Positions 53,227 to 63,509 of a stretch of DNA of 64,000 nucleotides are shown here, one piece after another. A program made the translations under genes and the position numbers. Within the stretch, counting starts at the first letter, position 1; each line of letters opens with the position of its first letter. This DNA comes from an uncultured Clostridia bacterium. GTDB taxonomy: Bacteria > Bacillota > Clostridia > Christensenellales > DTU072. The notes beneath the pieces were generated by a model that did not search any database, was not told the DNA's origin, and worked only from the letters and a program-made list of their open reading frames with translations. Location of the stretch: NCBI GenBank assembly GCA_944363505.1, contig CALVUD010000002.1, positions 82,290 through 146,289 on the forward strand, written 5' to 3'.

Positions 53227-55941
53227 TCAGCCTATTTTGTATTTTCCTTTCAGCGTGGTGCTGAAGCCGGAACTGTTATAGTCGTTGACCGCGACGCTGC
53301 TCGGCACAAATACGTCAGATACCGTGCAATTCAAAAACGGGTCGAACGCCTTGAGGTTGTCGGGCGGCGTCGGATTTAAGAATCTGACCGTCATCGTGCC
53401 CTCCGTCTGGTTGGCAAAGGCATAACCCCCGACGTAACCCACGCCGCCTATCGTAACCATGGTTATCGCGTTTGTGCTGAACGCGCTGGCGCCGATCTCG
53501 GCGTTGCTGCCGAGACTGAGATCCACCGTCTGCAAAGCCGCATACATAAACGCTTCCACCCCGACGTACTCGAGCGTAGACGGAGATTTGAAATAGGTTA
53601 AAGCGGTATGTCCGAAAGCGTAATCGCCTACGGATTTTAGTTTCAGTCCGCTGACGTCGTCATAAGAGTATTCCTTGATCACGCCCTTATCGTCGGTATA
53701 AGTCCATACAAGATTTCCGAGCTTGGAAACTTCGTAAAAAGCACATTCGTCTATCCTTATTACGGTATTCGGTATCCTGACCTTTTTTATTTTGTCCACT
53801 ATCGACATGTTCGCCGAGTCGGGCGTAACGTATTCTCCTATATCGGTAACGGTATAGAAACTCATTCCGTCCGCGGTAACAACCGACGGGATCGTAAGTT
53901 CCGCCGCGTCGGAATACATATATGTGATCTTAGCAAATCCGCTCTGACCGCTCGTCTCCAAGGCGCCGTCCGCGTTGACGGGTTCGAACACATAACCCTC
54001 ATCCTTGTTGACGTACTCGTATGCGAGGATGGGCGCGCTGACGTCCTTCCAGCCTTCGGCGGTGCGGAACCTTTGCAGTAGCGAGGCTCTGACGAAATAT
54101 CTGACGTTCAATCCGAGCGTATCTCCGCCGTCGATGATACCGGGCGTAACGAAAGTCGGCAGTATCGTGGACAAAATGTTCACCGTCTTCATCGAAGTAT
54201 TCGCCCAGAACGGCGCCTTGCCGTACTTTGTCAGGCTGTAAAAGGTTATTTCGCTCATCGCGGTTTCCTGGAAGCACCAATCGCCGAGAGTTTTCAGCGC
54301 CGAACCCTGCCCGAAAACGACCTGTTGAAGCGCCGCGTTGGCAAACGCCGACTCGCCTATATACTCGAGGCTGTCGGGCATGGAAAGCGTTTTAAGCTCA
54401 GGCAAACCGAACGTGGAACCGGATACGTTCTCGCCCGAAAAGGCTTTCGCGCCGATAAGCTTCAACCCCGGCGAGAGTATCAATCCGCTGCTGCCGGAAG
54501 CGGAAACGAGAGAACGGCAATTATAGAACATGTAATCGGAAACGACCTCCAGTCCGCCCGAGGTCGCGGACTGAATCGCTCCGCGCGCGCTGAAGGTGTA
54601 GCCCGTGATCACCGTCCTCAGCGACAGCGAATTTCTGAATATACCTTCTCCTATCCGGAAATCGGTATAGTCGTAGCCTTCGTCGGCCTCTTTGGGCAAA
54701 ACTCCCGTATTCAGCGCCGTTCCCGCAGGGAAATACACCGCGCGGAACAGACTGCCCGAGAATGCGTTGTCGCCGATGTAATTTACGGTGGCGGGTATAA
54801 ACAGCGACAGCGAATAAGTGTTTAGGCTGCTCGCTCCGGGCGGCTGGAAGATTGTGTCGAAGCCCGAACCGCTGAACGCGTAATCGCCGATATATTCGAG
54901 AGTCATCGGCAATTCCGACGTCGTCCCGAGATGCCCGAGCGACATTTTTCCCGTGTTCATGAACGCCGCGTATCCTATTTTTTTGACGCCGTTCATAATT
55001 ACGCATATATTCGTGCAGTTATAAAACGCGTAGTCGCCTATTGTCTCGACCGAATCTGGCAATCGGAAAGTCTTTCCTGAGCCTGTGGCTGCAAACGCCC
55101 TGTCCCCTACGGAGGTAACGGGCAAACCGTCGATCTCGGAGGGTATGACTATTTCGAAATAAGTCGCCTTTCCCTCATCCGTAAGCCCGGTAACGGTTAT
55201 CTGCCCGCCGTCGGAAACATAATTGAAAGCGCGCGCGTACCTGGCGTAAAGCGTAACGTTTTTATAATAGATATATTTGGTATTCTCTATCTTTTCGCCG
55301 CCCTCGGGCGCGGTATACCAACCCACGAAAATATAGTCCACGTAACCGTATTTTTCGGCGGAGTTCATGTCCGTGTCGGAAGGCAACGGCAGCGCCGCCA
55401 TGTAATTAACGGTGTATCTGACGGTATCTTCCTCGCTGTTCGCCTCGGAAAAATCCAACGTCAGTTCGAAATCGGGATCGATCAGCACGGTTACTTCGTT
55501 GCCTTTGAGATTTGTCAGGCGCCTGGTTTCGCCGCCGACCTCATAGGCTATGTCCGTGATCTTGACCGTATATTCGTCGGCGTCCGTTCCCACCGAAACG
55601 TTTTTGATGTAAACGTCGTAATTTGTACTTTCCGCTCCGAATTTCTCGGATTCCACGATCGTTCCGTTGAGCTTCAGCGACAGAATCTTATGATTGTACG
55701 GATTCTCTATCCTCACCCTTATATCGAACAATTCCGTCGCGCCGTTATAAATATCCAGACAAACCGGATTTTCGGTATCGCCGTTAAAGGCGTTGTTCTG
55801 AGGAAGAATTTCGATTTCCTGAAGCGAGATCGTGCCCCTGGTGTTGTTGCCGCCCGAATCGGAACCGTCGGAACATCCCGAAATACCGAACGCAAGCGCC
55901 GCAAACAACACGCACACCGTCAAAAGTATGATCCGTTTCAT
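53227..55941 (-). CDS. BspA/TpLRR-type leucine-rich-repeat lipoprotein
   Basis: ISGC lipobox, InlB B-repeat (FVGWYTAPEGGEK), many LPxSxxxIGxxAF repeats. Confidence 0.88.
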   Translation of the reverse strand: MKRIILLTVCVLFAALAFGISGCSDGSDSGGNNTRGTISLQEIEILPQNNAFNGDTENPVCLDIYNGATELFDIRVRIENPYNHKILSLKLNGTIVESEKFGAESTNYDVYIKNVSVGTDADEYTVKITDIAYEVGGETRRLTNLKGNEVTVLIDPDFELTLDFSEANSEEDTVRYTVNYMAALPLPSDTDMNSAEKYGYVDYIFVGWYTAPEGGEKIENTKYIYYKNVTLYARYARAFNYVSDGGQITVTGLTDEGKATYFEIVIPSEIDGLPVTSVGDRAFAATGSGKTFRLPDSVETIGDYAFYNCTNICVIMNGVKKIGYAAFMNTGKMSLGHLGTTSELPMTLEYIGDYAFSGSGFDTIFQPPGASSLNTYSLSLFIPATVNYIGDNAFSGSLFRAVYFPAGTALNTGVLPKEADEGYDYTDFRIGEGIFRNSLSLRTVITGYTFSARGAIQSATSGGLEVVSDYMFYNCRSLVSASGSSGLILSPGLKLIGAKAFSGENVSGSTFGLPELKTLSMPDSLEYIGESAFANAALQQVVFGQGSALKTLGDWCFQETAMSEITFYSLTKYGKAPFWANTSMKTVNILSTILPTFVTPGIIDGGDTLGLNVRYFVRASLLQRFRTAEGWKDVSAPILAYEYVNKDEGYVFEPVNADGALETSGQSGFAKITYMYSDAAELTIPSVVTADGMSFYTVTDIGEYVTPDSANMSIVDKIKKVRIPNTVIRIDECAFYEVSKLGNLVWTYTDDKGVIKEYSYDDVSGLKLKSVGDYAFGHTALTYFKSPSTLEYVGVEAFMYAALQTVDLSLGSNAEIGASAFSTNAITMVTIGGVGYVGGYAFANQTEGTMTVRFLNPTPPDNLKAFDPFLNCTVSDVFVPSSVAVNDYNSSGFSTTLKGKYKIG

Positions 55942-58900
55942 TATTTCCCTTTTCCTTTATTTTTTTTGATTATCACTACGACAAGTATCGCTATGCCCGC
56001 GACAAAAATCACGCCGCCGGCGACCGAACCCGCGATTATCAGCGCTTTTTTCGTTTTCTCGCTGACGCTGACGCTTATATCGCCGCCGGGCGCGGGGCTT
56101 TGCTGAGAGCCCGACCCGCCCGGGTCCACCGACACCGGGGGAACATACGGCGTTTCGTCCACGTCGATTCCGACGACGGCAGAATACACGACCTGTTCTC
56201 CTATTCGGATCTCTATCAAAACGTTCTCGGCGTCGCTAGAGAAAACATACACGTTCGGTTCGGCGATTTCTTCTCCGTCGATATATAATTTCGCAAGATC
56301 CCCCCATTCCTCGGGGAACTCCGCTATAAGCGTAAACGACGAATTATCGGTTACCACGGTTCCGTTTTCGGGTAACGCAACAGCAGTTTCCAAATCATAC
56401 AGTTTTAGTTTTGACAGGTCTAAAATTGCGTTGAGACGATATATGAACGCCTTCGAAACAAAGTTTGAGGAATCTGGCTCGAATACCGCTCCTATCTCGT
56501 TGATGCCGTAATGAAGGCTAAGTCCGCTATCCGCGATTCGGACGCTTCCAGCCACTGCTTCGCCGTTGAACAAGGCGGTTGTTCCGATAAGGTCTTGGTC
56601 GGTAACGACGTGCGACACGTCGAAGAATATACTGCCTTCCGCATTGGTTATTTCGACTTCGGCGGGGGCAACGGTGATCTCGGCGCTCTTTTCGAATGTA
56701 TTGTATCCCGCGCATTCCAAGCGCACGTTCACGTTATAGCGACCCGCGTCCGTGGGAGTTTCGCTTCTGAAAACCGCCGTGCCCTGAGGCAACAACTCGG
56801 CATGTACTATCGGAATTTCAGCGGGACGTCCCGTATACGCGACGTAAACCGAAACGACGTCCACGGCGGGATCGAAGTTCCTGTATACGACGCTTAATTC
56901 CCCGCTCTCTCCCGTTTTTTCGAGAACGTAGTTAGCACCCTTTTCGCCGTCGAATCTCATAAACACCGAATATTCGTATTCGGCGTAAGGTTCAAATTCG
57001 CGGTCGAGGTAGAAACTTTCGCCAAGATATCCGATATCGGATTCGAGAGGCGATTCCGAAACGTAGATCACGTCGAACGCCGTCGGCACGGATTCGTCGG
57101 AATATATCGTAACGGGTAATATCCGATACTTCAACGGTTTGGGGGATATTACGAAAGTATACTCAAAATTATTCTCGGCAATCGCGTATCTGTCCGCGCT
57201 GACGCCCTGAAGCGAAGCGCCGACCGTATGCTCTCCCGCCGAAATCCGGTCGCCCGACACGATCGTGAAACTCAAAGTCGGGGCGTTCGCCGCACAGTTC
57301 AAAATATACGTCCTGTTACCGGACATCGGCGAAAAATCGATCTCGGCGCCGTCGTATACGAGAGACAGCGTAGAAAGATATTCTTCCCATAGCAAGGTGA
57401 TCTCCCGCTTTACTATATTTAGCGTGCCCGTGCCGTTTATTACGGTGAAACCGACTACTTTTATGCCTGATACCGTAACAGGATCCGCCTCCACAACGTC
57501 GTAGGTTCCGGGTTCGGGAGAGCGAATATCGGAATAATCCAGCTTCAGATTTAAAACGGCGCTGAACGTTTTACCGTCCAGGATATAGCTTTCGGTCGAA
57601 GTAAAATAGGCTTTCTTTCCGTCGGTTGCCACGTTAACGGAGCCGTATTCCAACGTAAACTGTCTGCCGGAAAGATCCAGCGTAACTTCCGCGGGAAGCA
57701 CGCCGAGCGACACGGTTTCGGATATTTCGTAATATCCGTCTCCCGAAATAGTCAACGTATAATCGCCGGGAAGTTCCGCCGCGCCTCCCGATACGGTGAG
57801 GTTGAATTGCGGCTCGAAACCCGGAACGTAATCTGCCCTGTCCAATACCCCCGCGTTCTCCGCGGCTGAAATCAGTTCCTCCGTCGAATACTCCGCGGCG
57901 CGGTAAAACAGACTGAACGAATATGCCTTTACGGACAAATATTTTTTGACGATCGTGAACGACCCGAGGTTTTCGGAATACGGCGCGTAATTGTCGTTTA
58001 AAGGCGTCAGGATCAAAGTAAGATCCTTGACAGCCACCGGAGCGCGGAAACTGAGGTAATTGCCCGCAACCTGCGTTTCGCCGTTTATGGTATAGGAAAA
58101 CGAAATTTCGTATCCGCCGTCAGAAACGGCGCGTATCGAATACTGCGTACCGTCGAATTCGAAATGGTTTTTATCGGATACGGTACCTATACTTTCCTCC
58201 CCCTCCGCCGTAGGAACGTAAACGTACGCCTCGGGAGACGGAGAGTATTTTTCTATGACGAATTCGAATTCACCCTCGAAAGCCTGATAATTCACAGACT
58301 CTTTCAAATTTACGAAAACTACGTATTTCGCGTTTTCCGGCGTTGCGTCCGAGGGTGCGCCGTCAAGCATTTCGTTAGCGCCCTCGCGCTTAATTCCGTA
58401 TTGAGGATAACCATCCGCAAATTCAAATTCTGAAACGTCGCCCGTAAACCGTATCGAAACTGGCTGACCGTCATAGACGTAGGATTGGATTATGCCAAGA
58501 TCCGCCCGCGGCTTTTTGCCCACTCTCAAAACGCCGTTTGCGACTCCGACGATCTTGAAATTGACGGGATCGCCAAGGCGTTCGAAGGTAACGGCGTGCG
58601 TGCTGTTCGCTTCGCTCTCGGGCGTATAATCGCACTTCAGTTCGTAATGAGTCCCCCTGACGATCTCGGAATCGATATCGACGTCGGGAAGCGTGCCTTT
58701 TACCGCGCCGAAAGTAACCGAATACTCCGGCACGGGCGCGCCGTAGGACACGGCTTCGTCCGATACCGTGGCGTTAACTTCGAAGCACATGATTTCTATC
58801 GTAGCCGAAACCTCGACGTCGCAATTATAATTCGCGGGAGAAACCGATTTGAATTTCAGCGTTAGCAAATATATTCCCGCGTCCGTAAACTCGGGAGACG

Positions 58901-61900
58901 CCGAATACGCGACGCCGTCGTAATAATATTCGACGCCGAACGTATATTCATACGGATCGCCTTCGACGAGCTTTATCTTCGACGGATCGAAAGATACCGA
59001 ATGTTTTTTCCCGTCGTAAGTCGCAGTTGCGGACTTGAACGATTCGCAAACGTCGTCCGTGCTCAGCGAAACGGCGTATACCTCGAAAGAGGAAGATTTG
59101 ACCGTATAAATGTAATTATCGTTGTTTTTGTCCTGTATCGGCGTAACGGTATATTTGCCAGGCGATGAAAAACGGGAATAATCGCTTTCGTATGTAAAGT
59201 CGGGATTAAGGTTTATGAACGGATGCTCGGAGCCGTACGGAACCGCAGATATTTCCCCCGCCGATACTTCCGCACGGGCGCGGAGCACATAATAAGAAGT
59301 AAGCAGCGATACCGGCTCGTAACCGTGAACGCTGACCACGATTTCCAGATAATACCTTCCCGCGTCGCGGATATACGCGGGCGGCTCTTTCCCGCCCGAA
59401 ACGGTAACGAAAGAAGTTATCGTATAGCTCAAAGTCGCCGCATAAGGAAAATCGGTCAATTCGAAGGTCGGAGCGATAACGGCGCCGCTGTACGTCGGCG
59501 CGCCCGCTTCCGTCTGCCCGTCATACCCGTCCGGCGTTTCGGAAACCAGTTTGTATTTCGTAAGATCCCCGAGCGAGCCCGTCGTAACGGTATATTTCAG
59601 TTTTATCACGGCGGCGTTTGAAGCGTCCGACGCCGGAACGGCGATTGTCAGGTCGTATACGCCCACCTCTTTGATGCCGTTCTCCATAACCGCGCCCGAA
59701 GAATCGGTAACCGTAAGGGTGACGCCCGCATATCCGAAAGGATTTAAGTGATCCGCGTCCAGCCCTACGCCCGCCAGCGCGACTTCGATGTCCTCCGCTC
59801 CCGCGGCATACGCAAGCTTGTTAGGGTTATAAAGATACTCGATCATTGTCCCCCTTAGCGTCCATTCCGAAGTTACCGTCCCGTCCGCGCTCTCGAAGCG
59901 CCTCGCAGACAGCGTTACCCCTATATAATAATCGCCGTCCGCGTCTGTAAACTTCAGACCGTATACCGTGTCGGCGTCCGTGCTGTTTGCGGTAAAACTG
60001 TCCGAAACGACCTCGGTTCCTACCGATGTATACCATTTAAAATCGGCATAATCGAGGTTGACGGTAAAATACGAACCGATGACCTCGTTAACGGCGGCTT
60101 TGGTCAGTTCGCTGCCTTCCAGCCGGTTCGAGCCCGATCCGTCCGTAAAATAATGCGTTACCGTTTCCGATCCCGCGCCGTATGCGTGGGAGGCGTCCGA
60201 TACGGTTATGACGGGATTGGATTTGTAGACCAGTCTTTCGCTCGGAATAACGGGGATTATCGAAGAAGTTCCCTGCTCCACGCCGAAAGTCGCTTTTCCC
60301 CAGCCCCAGCCGGTACAAGAAAGCTTGCCGCTATAAATATCCGAAGCCTTCGGCGCGATCAATGCGGCGACGTTTTCATAAGTCGCCGAGGTTTCTCCGT
60401 CTGCGCTTTCAGCTACGTTCGCCCCGTTCCACGCTCCGTTGGACTGGTAAGAGCCGGTAACCGTAAGATCCGCGTTTTCGGTTCCCGCGACAAAACTTTC
60501 GGTATAACTGAACACGCGGTTTGCCACTCCCGAGGAATCCGAACCGAAAGCCGCCGCAAACCCGGAAGATATTTTTGTTTCCCGTGCGGTGCCGTTATCC
60601 AGAAGCGCCGCCGTACCGCCGGTCCCGTCGATACGAACGTTCTCGACGATGCCCGAGACCGTGCCGAAAAGCGATTGCGTCCCCGTCAGATCGGCTCCGA
60701 TATATATATCGGAAATTTTGCCCGAAAGCGTAGTTGTGAGCGGCACTTTTACGCCCGTCAGCGCAAATCCGTTACCGTACAAAACGCCGCTGAAATCTCC
60801 CAAAACGCTCCCCGAAACTTCGTAGCCCGACAAGTCGACGTTCGAGGTCAGCATATAATAAGCGCTTCCGCCCGCGGCTCTAAGCAATTCCCCGGGCGAA
60901 GAAATAGCGAACGGATCTTCTTCCGTGCTCGTAAGCAATTCCTCGGGCGAAGAAATAGCGAACGGATCATCTTCTTCCCAGCCCGTGCCCGAAGTAAATT
61001 CCGAAGCGGCGGACAGCGCCGCCGATCCGCCCTCGTCGCGGTCGGGATAACCGAGTCCGAAAGCGGAAGCGTTGTAAAAACCGTAGTTACCCGCGTTTAC
61101 GCTCCGAACCTGTTCCTCGCTTAAAGACGCGGTGTTGTATAAATTGACGAAAGAACCGAGTGTGGCTCCGCCTTTATAAATCAGATACCTGAGTTCGTGA
61201 ATGTCGGTCGCCACCGAAGGCGGCGCGGATTTAACGAGCGTGCCCGTACTGCCCGCAGCGTCTAAAACGTCGTCCGTAAACGGGGAATTAAAATTAACGT
61301 CGCACGCAAAAGAATCGATGATGTTTCCCGTATTTTTAAAGGCAAAAAGCGCGCCTTCGGCGTTATCCGCTCCCGAAACGTCTATCGCTCCCGAATAAAA
61401 ATCCACGGCGGCAAACGAGTTTTTTATTACGCCGGAATTGTCTTTTACGAATCCGAACTCGCCCAACGCCTTGACGGAAGCGGAAACGTTGAATCCCGAA
61501 ACCGTGCCCGAGTTGGAATTTATCGCGGCGGCGTAAACGGAGGAGGAGCTACCCAGCTCCGCGTCGACGAGATTAAGGTTTTTCAGTACGCCGCCGGCGG
61601 AAACGTTATTTACGAAAAACGCGTTTTCGGACGTATTCCTGTATCCCACAATGGCGTGTCCCCTGCCGTCAAAAGTTACGTCCACAATGTTGATGTAAAA
61701 CGTTTTGCCGCCCGAAGCGTAATATCTGTCGAGATATATGTCCGTGCGCAGGACATAGGTCGTACCCGCGGCGCCCGAGTCTACGGAATCCAGGACGAAA
61801 TCGGTAAAGTCCTCTTCCGTGTCTATGTATACGGTCCGAGCCTCCGCCGCGGAAGCGTCGATCCCGCGTTCGCCGAACCCGACGCACGAAGTTACCGCGA

Positions 61901-61943
61901 GCGCGGCGATCAATAATATCAGCAAGAAAAGGATTTTTTTCAT
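55941..61943 (-). CDS. Large (2000 aa) membrane-anchored surface protein; GLUG/beta-helix-like N-region and MBG-like stalk
   Basis: Signal peptide, FDGRGH and LYGNGF motifs, GTG..EDPFAISS..LL, DAGxY modules, Pro/Gly linker, TM and Lys tail. Confidence 0.85.
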   Translation of the reverse strand: MKKILFLLILLIAALAVTSCVGFGERGIDASAAEARTVYIDTEEDFTDFVLDSVDSGAAGTTYVLRTDIYLDRYYASGGKTFYINIVDVTFDGRGHAIVGYRNTSENAFFVNNVSAGGVLKNLNLVDAELGSSSSVYAAAINSNSGTVSGFNVSASVKALGEFGFVKDNSGVIKNSFAAVDFYSGAIDVSGADNAEGALFAFKNTGNIIDSFACDVNFNSPFTDDVLDAAGSTGTLVKSAPPSVATDIHELRYLIYKGGATLGSFVNLYNTASLSEEQVRSVNAGNYGFYNASAFGLGYPDRDEGGSAALSAASEFTSGTGWEEDDPFAISSPEELLTSTEEDPFAISSPGELLRAAGGSAYYMLTSNVDLSGYEVSGSVLGDFSGVLYGNGFALTGVKVPLTTTLSGKISDIYIGADLTGTQSLFGTVSGIVENVRIDGTGGTAALLDNGTARETKISSGFAAAFGSDSSGVANRVFSYTESFVAGTENADLTVTGSYQSNGAWNGANVAESADGETSATYENVAALIAPKASDIYSGKLSCTGWGWGKATFGVEQGTSSIIPVIPSERLVYKSNPVITVSDASHAYGAGSETVTHYFTDGSGSNRLEGSELTKAAVNEVIGSYFTVNLDYADFKWYTSVGTEVVSDSFTANSTDADTVYGLKFTDADGDYYIGVTLSARRFESADGTVTSEWTLRGTMIEYLYNPNKLAYAAGAEDIEVALAGVGLDADHLNPFGYAGVTLTVTDSSGAVMENGIKEVGVYDLTIAVPASDASNAAVIKLKYTVTTGSLGDLTKYKLVSETPDGYDGQTEAGAPTYSGAVIAPTFELTDFPYAATLSYTITSFVTVSGGKEPPAYIRDAGRYYLEIVVSVHGYEPVSLLTSYYVLRARAEVSAGEISAVPYGSEHPFINLNPDFTYESDYSRFSSPGKYTVTPIQDKNNDNYIYTVKSSSFEVYAVSLSTDDVCESFKSATATYDGKKHSVSFDPSKIKLVEGDPYEYTFGVEYYYDGVAYSASPEFTDAGIYLLTLKFKSVSPANYNCDVEVSATIEIMCFEVNATVSDEAVSYGAPVPEYSVTFGAVKGTLPDVDIDSEIVRGTHYELKCDYTPESEANSTHAVTFERLGDPVNFKIVGVANGVLRVGKKPRADLGIIQSYVYDGQPVSIRFTGDVSEFEFADGYPQYGIKREGANEMLDGAPSDATPENAKYVVFVNLKESVNYQAFEGEFEFVIEKYSPSPEAYVYVPTAEGEESIGTVSDKNHFEFDGTQYSIRAVSDGGYEISFSYTINGETQVAGNYLSFRAPVAVKDLTLILTPLNDNYAPYSENLGSFTIVKKYLSVKAYSFSLFYRAAEYSTEELISAAENAGVLDRADYVPGFEPQFNLTVSGGAAELPGDYTLTISGDGYYEISETVSLGVLPAEVTLDLSGRQFTLEYGSVNVATDGKKAYFTSTESYILDGKTFSAVLNLKLDYSDIRSPEPGTYDVVEADPVTVSGIKVVGFTVINGTGTLNIVKREITLLWEEYLSTLSLVYDGAEIDFSPMSGNRTYILNCAANAPTLSFTIVSGDRISAGEHTVGASLQGVSADRYAIAENNFEYTFVISPKPLKYRILPVTIYSDESVPTAFDVIYVSESPLESDIGYLGESFYLDREFEPYAEYEYSVFMRFDGEKGANYVLEKTGESGELSVVYRNFDPAVDVVSVYVAYTGRPAEIPIVHAELLPQGTAVFRSETPTDAGRYNVNVRLECAGYNTFEKSAEITVAPAEVEITNAEGSIFFDVSHVVTDQDLIGTTALFNGEAVAGSVRIADSGLSLHYGINEIGAVFEPDSSNFVSKAFIYRLNAILDLSKLKLYDLETAVALPENGTVVTDNSSFTLIAEFPEEWGDLAKLYIDGEEIAEPNVYVFSSDAENVLIEIRIGEQVVYSAVVGIDVDETPYVPPVSVDPGGSGSQQSPAPGGDISVSVSEKTKKALIIAGSVAGGVIFVAGIAILVVVIIKKNKGKGK
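60881..60968. repeat. In-frame intragenic tandem duplication (37 bp, period 51)
   Basis: taagcaattcc(c/t)cgggcgaagaaatagcgaacggatc at 60881-60917 and 60932-60968, one mismatch. Confidence 0.95.
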
Positions 61944-61950
61944 ATCGCGT

Positions 61951-63315
61951 TCAGTCCAGTTTGTTGTTTATGGTCTTTCTGCGGTACCAAGCCACCTCTC
62001 TTTTGACCAAAGTAACGCGTTTAACGCGCCGTTTGCCGACGAGCGCTTCCACGATGTGAAGGATAACGCCCATGATTATCGGCAGATAGAACACCAGCAT
62101 CCTGTATAACAGCACCGCCCAGAACAGCGTTCCCGCGGGAGTCAGACCGTCGAAAACCGCGTAAAACGAGGCTTCCGAAGCGCCCGAAGCGCCGGGTGTG
62201 GGAATGATCCCCGACGAAAGCGACACGTAATAGGATTTCGACACCGTCTCGAAAAGACCGCACTCTCCGCCAAGCGCGCGTACTATAAAGTACGGATACA
62301 GCCCGAGTATCATCAGATCCGCCATGGACAGTATAACCAATACGATTATCGTCGTGCGGTTTTCGGACAGATATTTATACGCGGCGGCAAGCGAATCCAT
62401 CGTATCGCGCGCCTTGCCCACGGCTTTGTCGTAGTTTTTAACAAGTTTCAGTTTCGCGCCGAGCGCCACTACCTTTTCGGTTATTTTGAAAGTCCACCCG
62501 AGTTTTTTGGAAAACACCAGCATCGTAAGCGGGATAAGCGAAGTTACGACTATCGCAAGGTACGCTCCCACATGCACGACCCAGGAAATGTTTTCGTGCC
62601 ATATCCCGAAGAACACCGCGACGAAAGCGATGAGCGCATAGACGTGCATCGTGTGTTTTACGAAAGGCAACGTGCACGCCGTGGGAGTATCGAGATTGCT
62701 TTTCGCAAGATATGCCATCTGGAAAGGCTGTCCTCCCGTAGACCACGGCGTCAGATTGTTGTAATAAAAGCCGATTATCGAAGTTCTGAGGGAAAGTCCG
62801 TAGCGGTTTCCGTATCCGCATTGTTTTATCAAAACGAAATAGATCAGCGAATCCACCGCCAGATGCGCCAAAAACGCCAGGACTATCAGTACCAGCCATT
62901 CCCAGTGCGCGCCCATAACTTTGACGAGTTCGCCCGCGTGCAGAAAACCTTCCGCGTCGTTGTTGAGTTCAAGGTACAGTACCACCGCCAACGCGACGGC
63001 GTTGAACGCGATCAGCAATATGGCGGCGATCCACTTTTTGCCGTGCTCTTTTTTAGTGCGCGCCTTTTTGTCCGTGTCGGGCAGAGTCAACCTCTCCTCG
63101 ACGTTTTGCATGACTTCGTCCAAAGACGCGCTTTCGTAATCTATTTTTTCGCCGCTTTCGGCGCGGTCGGCAACGACGGAGCTTTCATTCTCCGCGTTTT
63201 CGGATAATCTTTCTCCGACGCCTTCGGTGCCGCTTTCGACACGCCCGCTCCCGATCCCTTCGTTTTCGGTTTCGGCGGGAACGCTTCCATTTACGTTTTC
63301 GATTTTATCGGGCAT
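61951..63315 (-). CDS. Lysylphosphatidylglycerol-synthase TM / flippase-like (UPF0104) membrane protein
   Basis: YNNLTPWSTGGQPFQ, IPTPGASGASE, LLYR motifs; acidic disordered N-terminus. Confidence 0.85.
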   Translation of the reverse strand: MPDKIENVNGSVPAETENEGIGSGRVESGTEGVGERLSENAENESSVVADRAESGEKIDYESASLDEVMQNVEERLTLPDTDKKARTKKEHGKKWIAAILLIAFNAVALAVVLYLELNNDAEGFLHAGELVKVMGAHWEWLVLIVLAFLAHLAVDSLIYFVLIKQCGYGNRYGLSLRTSIIGFYYNNLTPWSTGGQPFQMAYLAKSNLDTPTACTLPFVKHTMHVYALIAFVAVFFGIWHENISWVVHVGAYLAIVVTSLIPLTMLVFSKKLGWTFKITEKVVALGAKLKLVKNYDKAVGKARDTMDSLAAAYKYLSENRTTIIVLVILSMADLMILGLYPYFIVRALGGECGLFETVSKSYYVSLSSGIIPTPGASGASEASFYAVFDGLTPAGTLFWAVLLYRMLVFYLPIIMGVILHIVEALVGKRRVKRVTLVKREVAWYRRKTINNKLD

Positions 63316-63458
63316 TGGCGTCGCTCCGAAAATCCGTACTTCTCATTCAACCTCCGAACTCTGCGCTCGTCGTGCGCCGATTCTTTTTTATATAATAGCA
63401 TATAATGCGCGCGTATAAGTGTATAATACGTGAAAAAATAATGGTAAATACCTAATTC

Positions 63459-63496
63459 AAAAAAAGATCGGGACACGATACCCGACCTTTTTTCTT
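63459..63496. terminator. Terminator hairpin
   Basis: A7-GATCGGG...CCCGACC-T6. Confidence 0.6.
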
Positions 63497-63509
63497 CAAA
63501 AGCGCTTTT

